Shown here: piece by piece, positions 58,414 through 64,000 of the stretch
How the letters are laid out: each line of letters opens with the position of its first letter
Position numbering within the stretch: position 1 is the first letter of the stretch
Source of the DNA: Candidatus Scatocola faecigallinarum
GTDB taxonomy: Bacteria > Pseudomonadota > Alphaproteobacteria > RF32 > CAG-239
DNA: 64,000 bases
Direction of reading: 5' to 3'
Assembly: GCA_018713605.1 (NCBI GenBank)
Contig: DVOM01000017.1
Location: forward strand, 119 to 64,118
Position numbers and translations under genes: made by a program
The notes under the pieces: generated by a model
What the model saw: only the letters and a program-made list of their open reading frames with translations
Told to the model about the DNA's origin: nothing
Database searches by the model: none

Positions 58414-58962
58414 ATGTTGATGAACAGACGGAATTCACTTCTCATGATTATTGACGTTCAGGAACGCCTGGCGCCGGCGATGGATGATCCGCGGCAGGTT
58501 ATCAGCAACAGCGCCCGGCTGGTCGGTGCTGCCAAGGCCATGGGCGTGCCTTTTGTCATTACCGAGCAATACCCCAAAGGTCTGGGACAGACGATGATTG
58601 ACGTCCGGCAGGAAGCCGGAGATGAGGCGGCGTTTTTTTCAAAGCTGTATTTTTCCTGTGCCCGCGAACCGGAAATTATGCAGGCAATACAGGAGTCCGG
58701 GCGCAGGCAGATTATTCTTGCCGGCGCCGAAACCCATATTTGTCTGCTTCAGACGGCTATGGATTTGAAAGGGCAGGGGTATGAGGTTTTTGTCGTATCC
58801 AATGCCAGCTCTTCGCGGGATGCCGTCCAGAATGTGATGGCATTGCAGCGGATGGCGCATGGCGGCATTGATATTGTCACCTCCGAAATGGTCATTTTCG
58901 AATGGCTGGAAAAAGCCGGAACCGATGAGTTCAAACAAATCGTCAACAAATATATTTTGTAA
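58414..58962 (+). CDS. isochorismatase family hydrolase
   Basis: IIDVQERL, TEQYPKGLG, K..FSC, G.ETHIC..QT..DL. Confidence 0.92.
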   Translation: MLMNRRNSLLMIIDVQERLAPAMDDPRQVISNSARLVGAAKAMGVPFVITEQYPKGLGQTMIDVRQEAGDEAAFFSKLYFSCAREPEIMQAIQESGRRQIILAGAETHICLLQTAMDLKGQGYEVFVVSNASSSRDAVQNVMALQRMAHGGIDIVTSEMVIFEWLEKAGTDEFKQIVNKYIL

Positions 58963-59021
58963 GCTGAATATTAAAAACCGGCATGCCGTAATTCGGTGTG
59001 CCGGTTTTATATGGCAATGTG

Positions 59022-59966
59022 TCATGAACACATGCTTTTGCCGGAAACCCGGACATAACTGATGTTCTCTTTGTCAGTCCTGTATCTTTTTTCGTCACGT
59101 ACCGAACCGATACGGTTAAGCATGTTGTCACGGTATTTTTCCGGCACGTTCAAAATCCGCAGCTGCAGTTCCCAGATGTTGAGCATGGTATCCATGTTGC
59201 CTTTCAGATAACCGCCGACATCGTTCAGTCCGTTGCGTTCGGCGCCGCTGATAATCCGATCGACCAGCTGCGTGCGGTATTCGATGAGTTTCGGATCTTT
59301 GGCATGTTCGTCCTTGTAACACAGTGCGCCCGGAAGCAGTCCGCGGGTCAGATACAGGGGCGTGTTAAAACCTTTGGTCTGGTTTTTCGGAATGCCCGGG
59401 CGTTCGGTAATAAACGGTTGCAGGTCGATAATGAACCAACGCTGGTCTACCGCCGAATACAGAATGTTGCCGGTATTGGTAAACAGGCCGCCGCCGACGT
59501 CCATACTGTATTTCTTTGACGACAGGTAATGCAGGTCGTCATAGATGAAGTCGATGGCGCGTTCGGGAATTTCCAGCATTTTTTCGCTCAGCAGCCGGGT
59601 TTTGATTAACGCTTCTTCACTGTCTGGTTTGGGGCGTCCCGGTTTGTAAACCTCAAACGAAAAACCCGGACAGTAGCGGTTAACCGTCAGCACCGGTCCG
59701 TCGTCGTCCAGCAGTTTCGGATGGTTGAAATAAGCCACCGTCTGCGCAAAGTTTCGTTCGCCGAAGATGTCCGGCTGCATAACCGGTTCGGCTTCTTTCA
59801 GCGCTGCGGCCAGTTCGTTAATCGGCATGTCGGTCAGTCTTTTGCGTACCGTAAAGTTGGGGTTTGTATGAATCTTGAATACCTGGGCTTCGGCGCCTTC
59901 GCCGAGCGGCGCTTCGCTGACGGCAAAAACAATTTCGTCAATCTCGGGCAGGTCGGTTTTTCTCAC
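59022..59966 (-). CDS. protein-kinase-like fold protein
   Basis: LGEGAEAQV, TVRK, D...N.GNIL, IID; start (GTG with AAGGA) uncertain. Confidence 0.55.
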   Translation of the reverse strand: MRKTDLPEIDEIVFAVSEAPLGEGAEAQVFKIHTNPNFTVRKRLTDMPINELAAALKEAEPVMQPDIFGERNFAQTVAYFNHPKLLDDDGPVLTVNRYCPGFSFEVYKPGRPKPDSEEALIKTRLLSEKMLEIPERAIDFIYDDLHYLSSKKYSMDVGGGLFTNTGNILYSAVDQRWFIIDLQPFITERPGIPKNQTKGFNTPLYLTRGLLPGALCYKDEHAKDPKLIEYRTQLVDRIISGAERNGLNDVGGYLKGNMDTMLNIWELQLRILNVPEKYRDNMLNRIGSVRDEKRYRTDKENISYVRVSGKSMCS

Positions 59967-60115
59967 AATCGCAATCCTTGTTATTTTGTCAAAATTATGT
60001 ATATTTATACACCGGATTTTTATAAAAGACAACATGCAATGAATATTTTTTTTGTCTATAAAACGTAAAAAGCTTCCGCCTGGCAACGGAAGCTTTTAAT
60101 GAAACAGGAAAATTC

Positions 60116-60481
60116 CTATCCGGCGCGGCCGTAACTGTCTTCGTAACGGATAATGTCGTTTTCGTCCAGAGTTTCGCCGGTCTGGACTTCGATGAATTCC
60201 ATGTTCTTGTCAGTGTTGTTCTGGATGCGGTGTTTCATTTTGACCGGAATGAAAACGTTTTCGCCAGCTTTCTTGACGATTTTGTCTTCGCCGAGCGTAA
60301 CGACCGCTTCGCCGCTAACGATAATCCAGTGCTCGTTGCGGAAGTCGTGCGACTGCAGCGACAGTATGTTGCCGGGCGTGACACAGATTCTCTTAACGCA
60401 GAAACCGTCGCCGGAATCCAAAACTTCCCATGTGCCCCAGGGGCGGTTGTCACGGTCGCCTTTTTTGTAATTGTTGGCCAT
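60116..60481 (-). CDS. cupin, mannose-6-phosphate isomerase type II C-terminal-like
   Basis: RPWG, VKRI.V.PG..LSLQ.H..R.EHW, IEVQTG..L.E.DIIRYED.YGR. Confidence 0.92.
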   Translation of the reverse strand: MANNYKKGDRDNRPWGTWEVLDSGDGFCVKRICVTPGNILSLQSHDFRNEHWIIVSGEAVVTLGEDKIVKKAGENVFIPVKMKHRIQNNTDKNMEFIEVQTGETLDENDIIRYEDSYGRAG

Positions 60482-60577
60482 TTTTTTGCTCCTTAACCAA
60501 AGTTTATACTTGATGAAAATGAATATAGGCAATATAACTTAAAGCGCAAGAATTAAATTTTTTAAGATGGAACAATT

Positions 60578-62845
60578 ATGCAGTCACCGGCCATAAATCA
60601 GGCGATGGACATTTTGAAACTTCTGCGTCAGGTCACCGAAGGACAGGATGAAGCGCCGGTCAAGCTCGCGAAAATCATCAAAATCATTGCCGAAAAAATG
60701 AATGCCGACGCCGCGGCCTGTTATGTCGCGGTCGATGACAGCTATTTGGAATTGTTCGCGTCTTACGGGTTCAATGCCGATGTGGCGCATAAGGTAACCA
60801 TCCGTTATGGCGAGGGTTTGGTTGGCGAAATTGCCCGCACCAGCCGTTCGCTGGCCGTTGCCGATGCCTGGGGACATCCGAAGTTTTCCTACAAGCCCGA
60901 ACTTGGCGAAGAAAATTACAAGTCTTTTCTGGGCGTGCCGTTGGTGCGCTGGAGTCGTTCAATCGGCGTTCTTTCTTTGCAAAACCGCGAAATCCACGAA
61001 TATTCGCGGCTTGAAATCGAAATCCTCGAAACCGTGGCCATGGTTCTTTCCGAAATGATTGTTTCCGAGGAAATGACCGAATACAAAAAAAGCCTGATTA
61101 AGGCGCGCGGACTTGCCTCCCGCGAGCGCGTCAAAGGTCTGAGCCTGAGCAAGGGCTACGGCATCGGCAAGGCGGTGGTGCACCGCCGCCGGCAGACGGT
61201 CAGCAAGATTTTTGCCGAAGACCGGGAAAAGGAACTCCGCCGTCTGGAAACCGCCTATAAGCAAATGAATGACGATTTGGACAGGAAATTTGCCTCCACT
61301 CAGCTCGGTATCGGCGAGCATGTCGACATTCTTGACGCGTATCGCATGTTTGCCAAAGACAAGGGATGGTATAAGAAAATTGAGGACAACGTCAAAAGCG
61401 GCCTGACGGCGGAAGCGGCGGTCGAACGTTCTTATGAGGATATGTGGAACCGTCTCTCGGGTACCAATGACCAGTATCTCAAAGAGCGTCTGCACGATCT
61501 GCGCGATGTGGCGGATCGCATGCAGTCTTACCTAAGCGGAGATTTTAAGGATATCGGCGAAATCCGTAACTGGAGTGATATTGTTGTCGTGGCTCAGACC
61601 ATGGGCCCCGCTGACCTTATGGACTACGACTATCACAAAATCCGCGGTCTGATTATCGAAGACGGCACGCCGACCATGCACGTCGCCATCGTTGCCAAGG
61701 CGCTCAACATTCCGGTCATCGCCAAGATCAAAGGATTGTTTGAAGAGGTCAAAACCGGCGAACTTATTGCCGTAGACGGCAATGACAGTTATGTCTACAT
61801 CAATCCGCAGCCGGCCGTTCAGGAAAAATTCAAAGCTAAAATCGCCGAAAAGGAAAAACTGCTGGCCCGGCTTGCCGAACTCCGCAAACTGCCGTCCAAA
61901 ACGCAGGACGGCGTCCGTATCGGCCACTACATCAACGTCGGTCTTTCCTTTGATCTCGACTATATCGAAAGCACCAACTGTGACGGCATTGGGCTGTATC
62001 GAACCGAAATCCCGTTTATGGCTTCCGATGTTATGCCGAATGTCGAACGGCAGTTGGGGTATTATAAGGAACTTATGGACCGGGCCGGAAACCGGAAGGT
62101 TATTTTCCGCAGTCTGGACGTTGGTTCGGACAAGCTCCTGCCTTATTGGAGCAATATGGGGGAGGAAAATCCGGCTATCGGCTGGCGCTCGATTCGCATT
62201 TCGCTGGATCGCCGCGCCATTCTGCGCAAGCAGGTAAGAGCGTTTTTGCGCGCTGCCGCCGGCAAGGAACTGAACGTAATGTTTCCGATGATTTCCGATT
62301 TGTCGGAATTTGAAGAGGCTAAGGAAACCCTGATGATTGAGCTGGAAAAGGAACGGCGCAAAGAGCTTCCGGTGCCGTCAAAGGTCAATGTCGGGTTGAT
62401 GATTGAGGTTCCCGCCATTGTTTTTCAGCTGGAAGACGTTTTGAAACAGGCCGACTTTATTTCCATCGGCACCAACGATCTGGCACAGTTCACTTTTGCC
62501 TGTGACCGGGGCAATCCGCGCCTGACCGAGCGTTACGACGTTTTGTCCTCGCCGTTTTTGAAAATGATGGGCGATATCGTTGCCAAGGCTGATGCCGCCG
62601 GAGTTTACTGTTCCGTTTGCGGCGAAATGGCCAGTAATCCGGTTGAAGCCATGGCGCTTATCGGCCTTGGTTACCGCAACCTGTCTTCGTCAGGCGCTTC
62701 TTACGGCCGCGTCAAGTCGATGATACGTTCGGTCAATGTCGAAGAAGTGACCGATTATGTAAAAACCCTCTTAAAATCGCAAAAAAGGACTTTACGTCCG
62801 CAATTATTGGCTTATGCTTATGACCATGGTATTGAAATCTACTGA
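60578..62845 (+). CDS. ptsP: PEP-protein phosphotransferase EI-Ntr (GAF + EI)
   Basis: N-terminal GAF, H.AIVA..L.IP, GIGLYRTE, GWR.IR, IGTNDL, CGEMA. Confidence 0.95.
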   Translation: MQSPAINQAMDILKLLRQVTEGQDEAPVKLAKIIKIIAEKMNADAAACYVAVDDSYLELFASYGFNADVAHKVTIRYGEGLVGEIARTSRSLAVADAWGHPKFSYKPELGEENYKSFLGVPLVRWSRSIGVLSLQNREIHEYSRLEIEILETVAMVLSEMIVSEEMTEYKKSLIKARGLASRERVKGLSLSKGYGIGKAVVHRRRQTVSKIFAEDREKELRRLETAYKQMNDDLDRKFASTQLGIGEHVDILDAYRMFAKDKGWYKKIEDNVKSGLTAEAAVERSYEDMWNRLSGTNDQYLKERLHDLRDVADRMQSYLSGDFKDIGEIRNWSDIVVVAQTMGPADLMDYDYHKIRGLIIEDGTPTMHVAIVAKALNIPVIAKIKGLFEEVKTGELIAVDGNDSYVYINPQPAVQEKFKAKIAEKEKLLARLAELRKLPSKTQDGVRIGHYINVGLSFDLDYIESTNCDGIGLYRTEIPFMASDVMPNVERQLGYYKELMDRAGNRKVIFRSLDVGSDKLLPYWSNMGEENPAIGWRSIRISLDRRAILRKQVRAFLRAAAGKELNVMFPMISDLSEFEEAKETLMIELEKERRKELPVPSKVNVGLMIEVPAIVFQLEDVLKQADFISIGTNDLAQFTFACDRGNPRLTERYDVLSSPFLKMMGDIVAKADAAGVYCSVCGEMASNPVEAMALIGLGYRNLSSSGASYGRVKSMIRSVNVEEVTDYVKTLLKSQKRTLRPQLLAYAYDHGIEIY

Positions 62846-62896
62846 AATATATGATTGAATAGGCAGAAATTAATTTTTTAGACAAAGGGCTGAAAC

Positions 62897-63961
62897 GTGA
62901 AAAAAGAGAATAGGAATAAGGCGGCAGAGGAAGTCAAAAACGTCGCACCGGTTGCCGAAACCGAAAAGGAAGAGAAGGAAATTCAGGTTAATCAGGATAA
63001 GGTCGGTTCTCTGATGCATGAGGCCCGTCTTAAAAAAGGGCTTAAGATTGCGGACGCTTCCAGGGATTTGTGTATTCGCGCTTCTTATCTGGAGGCTATC
63101 GAAGCCGGAAATTATGAAGAAATTCCCGAACCGCCCTACGGTATTGGTTTCATTCGTTCCTATGCCGATTATCTGGGGCTTAATTCCGCCCGTATGGTGC
63201 AGCTTTTTAAGGAAGAAACCGATGCCGCTTCCAAAAACAGCGACTATTATGTCATGGAGCCGCAGACGGAGGTGACGGCGCCGAACAAAAAATATCTGCT
63301 GATAAGTCTGGCGGCTGTTTTTGCGGTTTACTTGGGCTGGTTTATGTTTAACGAAAGTCAGAATAAGGCCGCCGAAGACGTTTCCGAAACGTCCGGGTAC
63401 ATGGCCGAAACCTCGGAAACGGTTGTTGATTTTCCGTTGCAGGTTGAGGATTTTGCTTCGGTTGAAGAAAACGTTGCCGATTCTCCGGCGGTCGACGAAC
63501 AGCTTCCCGTTGTCGATGTGGCGCCGGTTGCCGACGGCACCGGCGATAACATTACCGTCAGTGAAGCCAGCTTTGTTGAAACGCAGCCCGTTGCTGAAGT
63601 TGTACCGGCCGCTTCTTCCGAAACGCCGGCCGCCGCAGAAACAACTGCCGTTCAGCCCGCGCCGGAGATCAGAGAACCGGTTGCCGAAGTCATGAGCAAA
63701 AAGCCCGGTTCCCGCGTAACCGTCAAAATCAAGGGCGGCGACAACTGGGTAGAAGTCCGCGACGGCAGCAAACTGTATATCAGCAAGGTTCTGCATGACG
63801 GCGATGTTTATGAAGTTCCCGCCGGCGAAGGCATGATTTTGTCCGTCGGCCGCGCCGAGGGTGCCGATGTTTTTATTGACGGCAAATTGACCGAAGTCGT
63901 TAAACCTGCCAAAAAGACAGGCATTGCTCTGGATCCGTTTTTAGCTCCCGCTAACCATTAG
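62897..63961 (+). CDS. rodZ: RodZ-like HTH-TM-DUF4115 protein
   Basis: L.IR..YL.AIE.G, Y..GFIRSYA.YLGL, TM, WVEVRDG; follows ptsP. Confidence 0.88.
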   Translation: MKKENRNKAAEEVKNVAPVAETEKEEKEIQVNQDKVGSLMHEARLKKGLKIADASRDLCIRASYLEAIEAGNYEEIPEPPYGIGFIRSYADYLGLNSARMVQLFKEETDAASKNSDYYVMEPQTEVTAPNKKYLLISLAAVFAVYLGWFMFNESQNKAAEDVSETSGYMAETSETVVDFPLQVEDFASVEENVADSPAVDEQLPVVDVAPVADGTGDNITVSEASFVETQPVAEVVPAASSETPAAAETTAVQPAPEIREPVAEVMSKKPGSRVTVKIKGGDNWVEVRDGSKLYISKVLHDGDVYEVPAGEGMILSVGRAEGADVFIDGKLTEVVKPAKKTGIALDPFLAPANH

Positions 63962-64000
63962 CGCAGCGTACATATTGCAGAAAATAGCAGGTTTTGCGCC

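Overview
Chromosomal window of an alphaproteobacterium. The assignment is inferred from the ptsP-rodZ and nlpD-yajC-secDF synteny, a CtrA box and CGTC-type REPs; the gene set is compatible with an uncultured host-associated Rhodospirillales-like lineage. It opens with the 3' end of an rRNA operon (23S end, 5S) and is mostly housekeeping: csp x2, mntP, murI, gpsA, secDF-yajC, the suf operon, comF, sucCD-like, murA, trpS, serS, sdaA, ptsP, rodZ, tRNA-Val(GAC) and tRNA-Thr(GGT). An AT-rich ~11.5 kb island (34670-46209) sits at the tRNA-Thr 3' end. It carries a large serine recombinase whose C-terminus is split by the att site, an sce7726/beta-family/ImmA/membrane-protein cassette, a KilA-N gene whose upstream 32-bp perfect palindrome recurs inside its own DNA-binding-domain coding sequence, an Mpi-like invertase divergent from an autotransporter, and small phage/ICE-type ORFs. 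Other notable features are miniature tRNA-mimicking elements behind both tRNAs, a Cys-rich surface protein with a structured leader next to a REP cluster, a candidate ncRNA at ~32.3-32.6 kb, and several apparent pseudo-enzymes (SucD lacking the phospho-His, a DEAD-less helicase, a degenerate GGDEF domain). No CRISPR array was seen. All calls come from reading motifs by eye; no searches were run.
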